A DNA stretch of 63,946 nucleotides, the filler included, from Collodictyon triciliatum (Eukaryota): NCBI GenBank assembly GCA_043381765.1. It is 7 parts of 7 records of this genome, joined end to end, with 100 filler letters (N's around TTAATTAATTAA, not from the genome) between each part and the next. Parts side by side here need not be neighbours in the genome. Positions count along the whole stretch, not along the records: positions 10,098 to 20,085 come from JBHJMP010002838.1; positions 20,186 to 30,155 come from JBHJMP010002839.1; 5 more parts are not named here. One strand, written 5' to 3'. Positions 11,621 through 23,060 of the stretch are shown here, in pieces. The notes under the pieces were generated by a model. That model was given only the letters and a program-made list of their open reading frames with translations. It made no database searches and was not told where the DNA came from. Positions within the stretch are counted from its first letter, which is position 1. Each line of letters begins with the position of its first letter. The position numbers and the translations under genes are program-made.

Positions 11621-14600
11621 TCACCGACGGATGATAACCTCCGGTTCTGGGGCGTTTCTGGGTGATTGGGGCAGCGGAGCAATCTGATTGTTTGCCATTC
11701 GACTGGGAGCTAGAATCGAAATAGATGAGTGCGAACGTATCTAGTTTATATATGTTAAATCGCACAAAGAAGTGGGATACAACGAATGAATATGTGAGAG
11801 GATAGGGCGATGGACAGTTCGATGCATTCGTGAAAAAAATCAAAGAAATAAAAATAAAAAACCGCAAAAGTGTGATGTATGTGTCTTACGCCGTGAATAT
11901 TGCACATTCGAATTGCGCGCCAGTTTAATGAGTTTCATCACATCATCTGTGAGACTTTCTTGCATCCGAAGTAATTCTGTATTGGTTGCGTCGGAATGAA
12001 TCCACGTAATGGTGCAATTTATTTGTAGAGAAAAATGCATTCGATGTGAGAAAAATAAACAAGTGACAAAGTTTCGCGGTGCAAGAAGTTGAAGCAACAA
12101 ACCTTCTCTTCTCTTCTTGGAAAATGGACTCAGAATCATGAGCTGGGTAATGTTATTAGTAAGTTTGATAGCGGTCTAGGACACTAATCAGAGAATCTCG
12201 ATTGAAACACACGAACAAAAGGACATATTCTAAACACTTACTAATGGAGGCAAAGATTTCAAGTATCTCATGCATCTTTCATTCACTTTGACCGTCATAA
12301 ATGAAAAGAAAGGAAGGCCAACCAAAACAACGAATGGCCAGACCCATCTAATAATTCGGCAATACTTAGAGGCCACTTCGAAAACAGACAATGACGTACA
12401 ATTATAGTTGACTTACTTGAAAGGCCCGTCACAGTAAATAGCGACAAACACAAAGCTTAGACCCGTATATATCAAGTATAAGATAGGTAAAACAGCAAAA
12501 CTGACAATTAATTTGTAACTAGCAACCTAATGTACGATAAGTTTTATTTTATCACAAATATTCTCTTGTGTTCTTTTTTAAAAAAGAAATCAGAGAAATA
12601 ATAGAAGATCGGTAACGTTCCTATTTTAAATCATATGTGCCCGAGTATTTTACAAATGTATATACCACATCTTTTCCCTCTATCTTGACATTCGAATTTG
12701 CTTTTGCCTGTTTCATTTCGCGAACTGCAAATGAGCCAATATATTAAGAGAGTAAGAAATAGGTGGAGGTATATGAAGAAGAAAAGTATGTGCAACTTTC
12801 AATTTAAATCCTTAGAAAAGAAAAAAGAAAAAAAAGAAGAGTATATGAATAATTCAAAGAAAAATCAAAGCAGAACCCGACAATACTTGACATGCATAGG
12901 CTGCAGGCGCATTGATTAATAGACCAGGAAAAGCCAATAACAACATCAGAATTATACTTCCCAATCTAATCAAGAAAATGTTATTTCAAGCATTATATTT
13001 CTGACGAAATTACGAGGTTTTCGAAAGAAAAAGGTCTTAACTTCCTTTGTGTGCTCCAAAAAAAAAAGGCTTTCAATAAATAGTAAAAAGGGAATACGAT
13101 TGCTATTATATATTATCTACAACATGCAGGTTACTGTTCTTATCAACGCTCTGGATACCACTTACTATCGAATATGGAATATCATATTTATAATAATTTT
13201 GAAGTAAAAAAAGAAAATCACCTCTCAACATTTATTAGAAGAAAGTCGATGCTAATTGTCATACTTTTTGTCTTTTTTTGCTTTGTTTTTAAATTAAAAG
13301 GGAGATAGTCACCTAAAAAGAATGAGTGGAACAGCTACAAAATAGGATGTTGCGAAGTGTTTAACTTGTTCCTGCTTCAAACCATATGCCTGGAGTTTTT
13401 TGTGGTAGTCAAGTAGTCTATTTTGGCGACATATTTGCGATGAGATAAGAAGGACGTATCGATTAAAAAAAAAATGCTTATTTTAAAAATAATATAAAAA
13501 GAGGGAGAGGAGGAAGAACCATATACCAGAAGACTATGAACCTGTTTTTCAAAAGACCAAACTCAGGATTTATATTATTGCTTTTGAACACATATGATAG
13601 TTGCCTCAACAGCTAGTGAATATATCATTAGCACACCAAAAATCAGATCTAGTTTCATTTCCAAAGAGATAACTTCTTTATACGCCCCAGCGCTCCAGAC
13701 TTACCAGGGCTCTTTCTGCTGGCGTGGTCCTCGTTCCAGATTCGTTCTAAATCAAAACATAGCCAAAACATATAAAAATTATGATTGGTCATGATTACAT
13801 TTTAAAACAGAAGAATAATATGCAAGGAAGAAGATATGGATATATCCTAGTAAATCAAGTTTCTGACTCATATCAACGTATTGGCTACCTGATATAATCT
13901 ACGTGCGAGATGAAATGCAGACAACTCAGCATAAGACGAAGTGGTCAGGGTAACAGCCTCCAATGCCTGTTTTATAGTGGATAAAAATTCTCTAGATGCA
14001 GATAAATAATCTGATTAATGATAAATAAGAACGAAATATATACGATTTTTTTTCCTTTATTCGATTCTACGAAATATATGCGATAATTGAATATTATGAC
14101 CAAGAAAGTAATTATAATCACAACTACCGGTATGCTTTCCTTCTATCCGTTCGATAAAGCTCCATAAGTTCATCTTCGGGAGTAACGATGATGGGAGAAC
14201 CGAATTCGATGACAACCTTCAAAAAATAAAGATTATATGAAAGTGTAATTTATAATTTTGATATACGTATACATTTCGACAAAATCTGCGACTTTATTGG
14301 GGAAAAAAACTTGTTTTTTTTTCTTTTTACTTTATTTTCTTCTATTGGAAGGGTACCTGGCTTCTGAACCGATGCCCCTCAAAATATGTGAATCCACAGG
14401 GCACAACAACTGAGTCGCGCTGGTATTTATGGACAAATCCAAGAGACATAACCGCTATGCCAACTTTGAGAGGTAACAACTCCTGCAATATAGGTGATGC
14501 TTCTGGTTACATGTTTTCTTCGGATACAGGATAGTTTTTAATCGCATGGGTCACTTTTTTGTGATTTTTTTAAAATATCCACCAGCAATAAGGATACTAA

Positions 14601-15688
14601 TAACAATAAGTATATAAAAATACTCATGATAATACTGATGGCAATAACCATAATAATCATAATTAGTTTTGATTAAGAAATATTACATTAGTATATATAG
14701 TTAAAAGCGACATAATATCGTTGAGAATTTTGGCAAATGATTTGTTTTTTAACATACCGGTCGATCGTGCGAGCCGCCCTGACATATTATCGAGTGACGA
14801 TACCATTCATGCAATTTTCAAGCAGGATTAGCAATTAGAATAATGGTATGAAAATAATTGCATTATACCGAATAAGTTATGAACAATGTTATGAGAGCTG
14901 CGATGAATTTATTGATTATGTATAGCACACTACATACCTCTGGGAATATTCCGATGCAACCGTCTGCGTCTAAACACTTCCAAACGGCATCAAACAGTTT
15001 CGATTGGTCAACTTTTTTTGTTACCTTGTAGGGAAGATTTGATATTTGCATTTCACACTCTTCCTCAAGGACGGCTTCGGTATCTGACAGTACCTCGCTA
15101 ATCTGAAATTGTTGGGTTATTTCATGAGGATTATTTGGCGGATATATTGATTAGAGTTATCTTGATTTTTTTTCTGAGGGAAATATTGCCTTCAGAGGTA
15201 AATCTGCTGCTGCAACCATTAGACTCCAACCCGGCCCAGCCTCGGTGGTAAATCGCGTCTCAATCCCAATTAGCTTTTTCCCAACAACACTAATCAGCCC
15301 TATTATATGTATATGCATATAACATTTCTTCATTAAATACTCCTGATTCAATCAATATACAAAAACAAACAAAAACAAATAACAAATAATAAATAACAAA
15401 AACAAAAACAAAAGCAAAAACAAAAACAAAAACAAAACAACCCATCTTAACATGAATTGATTAATCTAGACTGATCTCCTTTGAATTGAATAAAGGGAAA
15501 TGTATAGGCTAATCTCAAGATGGCGAAATGTATATATGGAGACAAGAGAATATGGAAGAAGAGTGCTACCTGACCCTCGCTGTGCACGATCTTGTGGACG
15601 AACAACCGGCAAGGCTCGCATCTGTCTTCCGAACCAACCTAAGAATTTTCTTCGCATGGTTTTGTCAGCTGCAACGAAGCTGATTGGG
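11621..15688 (-). CDS. Glycerol-3-phosphate/dihydroxyacetone-phosphate acyltransferase, GPT2/SCT1 type, 5'-partial
   Basis: Spliced motifs ALPVVRPQD, PKVDQS-like TKKVDQSKLF, GIFPE|GGSHDRP|ELLPLKVGIAVM, VVPCGFTYFEGHRFRS, VVIEFGSP and NSNVKIEGKDV|VASYKLIV followed by TM helices. Includes a 21-nt exon at 14758-14778. The 5' end lies in the gap 15980-16546. Confidence 0.88.
14047..14068 (-). mobile_element. 22-nt ultra-truncated retroelement 3' end in an acyltransferase intron
   Basis: Reverse complement AGAATCGAATAAAGG(A)7, flanked by ACGAAATATAT(A/G)CGAT direct repeats at 14031-14046 and 14069-14084 (15/16 identical). Confidence 0.8.
15479..15502 (+). mobile_element. Old, degenerate truncated copy of the same retroelement 3' end
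   Basis: CTTTGAATTGAATAAAGGGAAA matches CTTTGAATCGAATAAAGGAAAA at 20/22. Flanks TCTAGACTGATCTC (15465-15478) and TATAGGCTAATCTC (15503-15516) match at 11/14. Confidence 0.55.
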
Positions 15689-15866
15689 CTGTAGTTGTAA
15701 TTCGTAAAAAAAAAAAAATCGTAAATAATCGTATACCAAGTTAAGTTTATGTACTTTTTCTTTAAATAAAAGGTATTTTGTGTGGGACAATACCTCAAAA
15801 ACTAAAAGAAAGAATTAGTTCTTATGATATAAATGAAGATGAAAATAAAGACTATGACTAAGACTG

Positions 15867-15979
15867 TGATTATGATTATGATTATGATTATGATTATGAT
15901 TATGATTATGATTATGATTATGATTATGATTATGATTATGATTATGATTATGATTATGATTATGATTATGATTATGATT
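15867..15979. repeat. (TGATTA)n microsatellite
   Basis: Direct reading; runs into an N gap. Confidence 0.95.
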
Positions 15980-16564
15980 NNNNNNNNNNNNNNNNNNNNN
16001 NNNNNNNNNNNNNNNNNNNNNNNNNNNNNNNNNNNNNNNNNNNNNNNNNNNNNNNNNNNNNNNNNNNNNNNNNNNNNNNNNNNNNNNNNNNNNNNNNNNN
16101 NNNNNNNNNNNNNNNNNNNNNNNNNNNNNNNNNNNNNNNNNNNNNNNNNNNNNNNNNNNNNNNNNNNNNNNNNNNNNNNNNNNNNNNNNNNNNNNNNNNN
16201 NNNNNNNNNNNNNNNNNNNNNNNNNNNNNNNNNNNNNNNNNNNNNNNNNNNNNNNNNNNNNNNNNNNNNNNNNNNNNNNNNNNNNNNNNNNNNNNNNNNN
16301 NNNNNNNNNNNNNNNNNNNNNNNNNNNNNNNNNNNNNNNNNNNNNNNNNNNNNNNNNNNNNNNNNNNNNNNNNNNNNNNNNNNNNNNNNNNNNNNNNNNN
16401 NNNNNNNNNNNNNNNNNNNNNNNNNNNNNNNNNNNNNNNNNNNNNNNNNNNNNNNNNNNNNNNNNNNNNNNNNNNNNNNNNNNNNNNNNNNNNNNNNNNN
16501 NNNNNNNNNNNNNNNNNNNNNNNNNNNNNNNNNNNNNNNNNNNNNNAAAAAAAAAAAAAAAAAG

Positions 16565-16632
<68 letters not shown>

Positions 16633-17020
16633 TCAACTGTGGTATTAATACCTCTATATTATATAGGTATTAACACCACATCAACTAAAAACATTTTTCT
16701 CTTTTTTTTCTTTTTCTGCTATTTTATATTATTGGGGGAGGGGTCAGAATTGTGTGGCTGGGCGAAGACTTAGAGTATATCCGCGACCTTTTGGGACTTT
16801 CCACCAGGTCAGCTAGATAGTAAAGAAAAGAGTAGAAAAGAAAAGTAAGGAAAGAATAGAAATGACCTTTAAAAGTTATTCTGCAGCCGCAAAGATCACA
16901 GGCATAGGATTGGAGCTGGATTAATGCGTGTGCAATGTTGCTATTCTTCTGGAATTTATAATATTTCATGACTCATCTCAGCTGATCGGCGATTCAAAGA
17001 AGTACTCATCATTTTAATCC

Positions 17021-17277
17021 TTCTTTATATGATTTTAAGTGCAGCGAGGTTATGCCATACAAAGGGTCGAGATGGGTGCGCACGGCAGAGTGCAAACGCG
17101 AGTAGGGGAAGATACTACTGTGGAGAGGCTAGCACTGGAAAGAAATCAGTGATAGCGAGTTGGTCAGGTGGGCGTCTCAACTGGTTGATTGACTGCGTGG
17201 GTAGCAGCGGTTGGATATGCTGTGGGAGATATCGCACGACACATTCCCATTGATAAGGTAATTCTTGGGTAATTTTT
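17021..17277 (-). mobile_element. Diverged, longer 3' fragment of the retroelement (ORF end plus 3' UTR)
   Basis: 17038-17186 is 134/149 identical to the reverse complement of 17305-17453 without indels. Decayed tail at 17021-17037. The open frame KITQELPYQW...RRPPDQLAITDFFPVLASPQ* ends at 17115. 5' boundary and TSD are uncertain. Confidence 0.7.
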
Positions 17278-17304
17278 TAGAAGCCATTATAGATTATTTG
17301 CCCT

Positions 17305-17477
17305 AACCAGTTGGGACACCCACCTGACCAGCTCGCTACCACTGATTTCTTTCCAGTGCTACCCTCTCCACGGTAGTGTCTTCTCCTACTCGCGTTTGCT
17401 CTCTCCCATGCGCTCCCATCCCGCCCCTTTGTATGGCATAACCTCGCTACACTTTGAATCGAATAAAGGAAAAAAAA
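17305..17477 (+). mobile_element. 173-nt 5'-truncated non-LTR retroelement copy with poly(A) and perfect 16-bp TSD
   Basis: ATAGATTATTTGCCCT at 17289-17304 and 17478-17493. The insert ends TTTGAATCGAATAAAGG(A)8, with AATAAA at 17462-17467. Confidence 0.85.
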
Positions 17478-17859
17478 ATAGATTATTTGCCCTGCCGCTT
17501 TACCTGGATTAAAAAATATTTAAATTACAGAAATAGAAGTAAATTATGTACCCAATTTTATCCATATTTGGCGTATTCCATGATTAACTCTCTTTTTTTC
17601 AGTTTCCACGGTACTTTGTCGGTTGCGCTATTTTTTCTATAAAAACCATCAAGCCCTTTGTGGGCAAGCCCTTCTGGCACCCTGGCGAAAGGGACGGTCA
17701 TCAGTAAACAAAAAACAAAAAACAACACAAAGAAACAAAAAGAGAGAAAAAAACAGGAGGAAAAACCACAATCAAACCTGGGCATGAGGGGTGCAAGAAA
17801 ATGTTCTGTGAAGTTCATATACCCTTTTACTTTCAATAGTTTCCCTGACATAGTGGATC

Positions 17860-19501
17860 ATGTCTGACGAGCTTGAAGAAAAAAGAGAAGCGAAGGAGCT
17901 AGTAGCTAAAAATGAAGTTCATGAGAATAGTGGAGAGATAATTGAAGAAAAAAAGAGTGTAAGACGGCAGAAGATTTCAAAATCCCAGCACTTGTACTAC
18001 GAAGATATTGAAATGTATTGTTTGCCCCGTGAAGTTGGGCGCTCAAAAGATTTGCGCAGCTTAGAGGTTCATCATGCTGCATTAGAGTTCCCCCTTGAAG
18101 TGCTCAAACTAACCCGCCTCGAAAGGATTGTTTTCCACCATAACGAAATATCATCGATACCGCTTTCCATAACGAATCTGAAAAGACTATACCACTTACA
18201 AATATCGACGAATCATCTTAGCATGATTCCACCATACATATCTACCCTAGTCAGGCTCGAACATATCGATTTCTCCTATAACCAAATACGTTGTATCCCA
18301 AGAGAGATATCTGCCCTGGACTGCCTTACCTATCTCAACTTAGCCGAAAATTGTTTGTCAAATATCTCTATCGGAATATCGTCGCTGACCTCTCTTGAAT
18401 ATCTTAATCTTGCCCTGAATCATTTACAACACCTTACACCAGCGATATCGGCACTGAAATCCCTTACTTACCTCACCATCGAGGGAAATCAGGCAACAAT
18501 TTTAAATCTACTTACGCAATTCCTCGCTGCACTCTGAATCGAATAAAGGAAAAAAAATAATCTACTTACTAAATTAAATGATTATCCCTTACATTTTTTT
18601 CAAATGACATACAGATTACCCGCATTCCCCCTCACGTCACGAATCTGGACAACATCAGGACTTTTGTATTGTGCGAGTCCCTGGGAGTCAATAGCGTGCC
18701 TCGTTTACTTATGGAAAAATTTTGCTTTTCAAGATACTCAGAACCTGGAAAAGAAAGGGCTAAGAAGCTCATGAAACTCCTTGAACCCTTCAACACGGTA
18801 ATTCGAACCATCACAAACAATTTAAAATTCAACTCATCCACCGACTTCATGGATTAGATTGAGCCACCGATCAGGAGGAGATGGACACCCACCAGTGCGC
18901 AAATCAAGTTCAAAACACTTAGCCTACATAAAATGAAGCTCACTTCTTTACCGGAAAATATTTCCAAATTGACCAATCTTACCTACTTGGACATCAGTGG
19001 AAACAAGGTATGTTGGTCTTTCCAGATAATATTGAAACTTTACAAAATAAATCAAAACAGCATAAAAAGAAAGAAAAGAAAGCTTATCTCTACGGTTTAG
19101 TTCCGAGATTTCCCCGAATACATATGTGCCATTCCATCCATTGTGGGTTTAGATATATCAAACAATAAGGTATATTCTGAATTTTGACATTTTTATGAAA
19201 CATTGTTCGTTATGCATGCGTATATTGACTTGTAACGGCTCAGCTCACGATTGTTCCCGAATCGATCACCCGGCTCCAAAGTCTTAAGCTGTTGGACCTG
19301 TCCAACAATAAGGTATTTCAGCAGAATTTTAATGCTTGAAACGGCATCATGAAGTTATGTAATCATAAATTGGTACAGATATTCAAGCTGCCTGAGTTCA
19401 AGGAGCCAACCGAAGAGACAAGCTTGACCCCGATACTCGATGAGATCTCCCCAGACTGTGGAGATAGTGGGAAGAAAAGACAGCGATTAAGTGGACACTA
19501 G
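17860..19501 (+). CDS. Leucine-rich repeat protein (23-aa LxxLxLxxNxL repeats), 6 exons
   Basis: Exon 17860-18492, GC-AG intron 18493-18614, further GT-AG introns, TAG at 19499-19501. Repeats such as LTSLEYLNLALNHLQHLTPAISA. Confidence 0.85.
18516..18558 (+). mobile_element. 43-nt truncated retroelement 3' end in intron 1 of the LRR gene
   Basis: GCAATTCCTCGCTGCACTCTGAATCGAATAAAGG(A)8T, flanked by AATCTACTTAC at 18505-18515 and 18559-18569. Matches the tail of the 17305 copy. Confidence 0.82.
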
Positions 19502-19986
19502 AGGAAGGAAATGATCTCACACGACGTATGGATTCCTCACAAAAGATTGATAAATTTACGAATCACAAATCATGCCGTATTTTCCCCGATACGCGAATTG
19601 TTAGAGGATGATTGGTTGGTATCACGGGTGTGTTTCTTATTTTGAATGACTGTTTTTCATGGAACGAGACAAAATGACAGCGAGATTCATTTAATCATCA
19701 GGAATGGTTCTGGAAAATAAGAAGAAAGTAACGAGAAATAGAGCTAATGACCCTGATACCCGTCATTTTTTTTTTAATTTTTCGATTACCAGGCGGTTGT
19801 CATTTTTTGCAGTCGTTCGCTAGTAAAGGAGACAGCCCATTCGTTATAAAAATAGGGTTTACTATGAATGGCTTAACAACCTGTAGAGAAAGGATTGCAA
19901 GAGGAGCTTGCTAGGTTGAACTCTGCTATACACGTGACCAGAGCGGAAAATACGTGTACTTGATTATTGTAAATTACAAAAATGTC

Positions 19987-20085
19987 TTGTTTGTTTGTTT
20001 GTTTGTTTGTTTGTTTGTTTGTTTGTTTGTTTGTTTGTTTGTTTGTTTGTTTGTTTGTTTGTTTGTTTGTTTGTTTGTTTGTTTG
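19987..20085. repeat. (TTTG)n microsatellite
   Basis: Direct reading; scaffold end. Confidence 0.95.
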
Positions 20086-20843
20086 NNNNNNNNNNNNNNN
20101 NNNNNNNNNNNNNNNNNNNNNNNNNNNNNTTAATTAATTAANNNNNNNNNNNNNNNNNNNNNNNNNNNNNNNNNNNNNNNNNNNNTTTTGTCTTTGGTTT
20201 TTTTTTTTTTTTTTTTTTTTTCGTTCTTTTTTTCCGGGCTCTTTGCTAGAAAATAAACCATCAAGATAAATGCAGACAAATGGCCAAACGGCGGTGTGTG
20301 GGTGATTTAGGAAAATATATCATAGGGTGGCGACAGAGTGACATGTATATTTTTTTTTCATATATCCAATTCCAGGCAACAAGGTGACATGTGTTGGGTG
20401 CCCTCATCGCGAGCAAACTTTTTAACAATCGAAAGTTTGGTATATCACTTATAGTTAGAAATATTAAATGCTGTTCAAGTCTATCGAATGTGACTGAAAA
20501 AAAAGTTAAAATTGTATAAAATCCATATTTACCTATCTCCTTTTATATGAAAAAATAAGCATTTCTGGAATATTGAATGAGGCATTTGATATTCAGTGTC
20601 ACTTTCGCCCAAGAATCTAATCTTGCTGTGGAATGAAACACAACCTTTGCGAAGCCTTTTCTTTTTAACATCCACCCAGAGACACAGAGAAGAGAAAAGA
20701 AAAGAAAGAGCGCAGGCCCGATCGTGCACCGGCCTTTCTCAGTCTTCTTTCACTGTCCTCATTTCCGCAGCAACACCGGCAAATGATCTCTAAAAGCCTC
20801 CTTCCACGTAGCTGTTTCACTGGAGGTCTCAAACAGTCGTGCG

Positions 20844-23060
20844 ATGGAGAGACTCAACTTCTTGACGAGCCTGTTCCCTTCGTTTGGTGAGTCATTTCTA
20901 TTGACCGATGCTTTGTTGAGTAAGGGATGCAGTTTGATTTGATTTCTTTCTCTTTCTTTCTTCCTTCCTTTATCCTCCTTTTCTTTTTATTTTATCCATT
21001 TACTGCAATCGATCGCAAATTAGTTGGCCTCTTTATCACACAACAACAGTGTTTTATTTTCTCGGTTAATATTTTTCAGCTTAACCCATATCCCGCACAA
21101 CAGCATAAGCTTTTTTTCTTTTCGGAATGAAACACTAACATGAAGCAAAATCTAGTCAATTTCTTGGCTTCTGGGCTCGATGTGGACGCCAATTCAAGCG
21201 GGACAGGTATGGGCTGTGTTCTCTTTACTTTCCTCTTTCATTTGAGAAGTTTTATCTACCTTCTCTTTTAATAATTTCTCGTAGACCAACCAATTTTTTG
21301 TATGTTTTTACTTTTAACAAGTAGATAATGGAATACATGCTTTGAAGCCAACATAATATATAGAATGAACGAACGTGCAATCTATCATTTAGTACCCCTA
21401 TTTGATGTTGCCAATCCATGTAAATATATTTTTCCATCAAACTTAAAAAAAAAACCTCACAAGAATTCAATCGCTTCATCGACTCGTTCAAAAAGAACTA
21501 CGGCTCAACCTGCCCGCTCTTCTTCTCCGGAAACTTTAAGCAAGCCCAAGACCAAGCCAAGCGAGACTTTAAGTTCCTGATTGTATATCTTCACTCCTCC
21601 CAGCACGCCAACACAGACATTTTCTGCAGGTGAATAGCTCAGAATTCTGAAATTGGCTGCATCGTTATCTTTATCATTAAAGTGTGAATGACCTTTACAG
21701 AAATGTTCTGGCCACCGAACGTATTGCAAATTTTTTCGATGAAAACTTCATTTGCTGGGGTGGAGATATTCGCCATTCGGAAGCTTTCCAGGTCTCCAAT
21801 TTTCTTCAAGTCACCACATACCCATTTATTGCAGTAATGAGCGACCATTTTCAGCCAAACCTCATCGATTGTGTTGAAGGTATAATCGAATATGTGTATC
21901 TTCTTTTAAAATAAAGAAAAGGAGAAAAGAGGAGAAATTATAGAATGAATCAACAACTTTGAAGATGAATCTTTAATAGCCTCGGTATCCTGTTTATCTC
22001 CATATCATATGCATTTGAAAACTCTTAATGTAAATATCTTCCTTATTACATTAAGATCGACTCTCACTTGCTTCCGTTTTTTCCGTCAGGCATGATTTCG
22101 ACTGACGACTTGGTTGATAAGCTGTCAAAAATCACACAAGATCAAGGCGCCATATTTGTCACCTTAAGACTTGAACAGTATGTTTCCAAACAAATCATAT
22201 CACCTTTATACTAAATGAGCGATTGGTATATTTCCTCGAAGACGATAATCGTTAATTAATTTGGATTCGTAGCACCTGACTATATCGCAACTCGATTCAA
22301 ACTACTAAAAAAAAAAAAAGCTTCTGGACACATAATTTCCATACTAATGTTTTAGAGAGGGTCGCGAGGCAGATAGAAGAATCAGGGAAGAACAGGAAGC
22401 CATCTACCAAGAATCTTTGCGGTATGACGAAGAGCAGGTCATTTAACTTCTTATCTGTTCACGTGCGTAGCAGGCACACAAAAAAAAAAAAAACATATTT
22501 AACTTCGTACCTGAATAGAGAGTATATTGCGTTCTAAATGAATGCAAGAAAGAAATATGGAGGTTTAATTGGTGATATTTGGATATAGGAGGAACTCCGC
22601 CGAGCAGAAGAGAGAAAGAAAGAAGAGTACGCCCGTATGATTGAGGATAAGAAAAGGAACATGCCAGCAGAGCCACCAGCCGGACATAACACAACCAGCA
22701 TTGCCTTCAGACTTCCCGATGGACGACGCATCAACCGCAGATTTCTTCGTGCAGACCATGTCGAGGTTTTATATTTATCAATTGCAACACCCACTTCCAC
22801 AAACTCTTTTTCTTAGACGCGAGATATTGTCTTGAAATTCCATTTCATTCATTTCTGTACCACTATCGGGTGGTGATGCTTCGGCGAATCCTGGATTTTT
22901 GGTGTAGGTGCTGTACGACTTCATCCTTGTGCAAGAGGTCATGGCAAAGTTCAAGCTTGTCACCAGCTACCCAAGGAGAGACCTGCAAGATATGACTCTC
23001 ACATTGGAAGAAGCGGGGTTGTGTCCCCAAGCCGCCCTTTTCTTAGAAGAAGTCCTGTAA
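20844..23060 (+). CDS. UAS-UBX domain p97/Cdc48 adaptor (FAF2/UBXD8, plant PUX10-like), 8 exons
   Basis: YGSTCPLFFSGNFKQAQDQAKRDFKFLIVYLHS...FCRNVL, NFICWGGD, REEQEAIYQESL, and UBX motifs FRLPDGRRINRRF, LVTSYPRR, TLEEAGLCPQAALF*. Confidence 0.88.

Noticed and set aside
15867-15979. (TGATTA)n as a telomere-like repeat
   Set aside because: Internal to a scaffold, apparently intronic, and one of many unrelated microsatellites.
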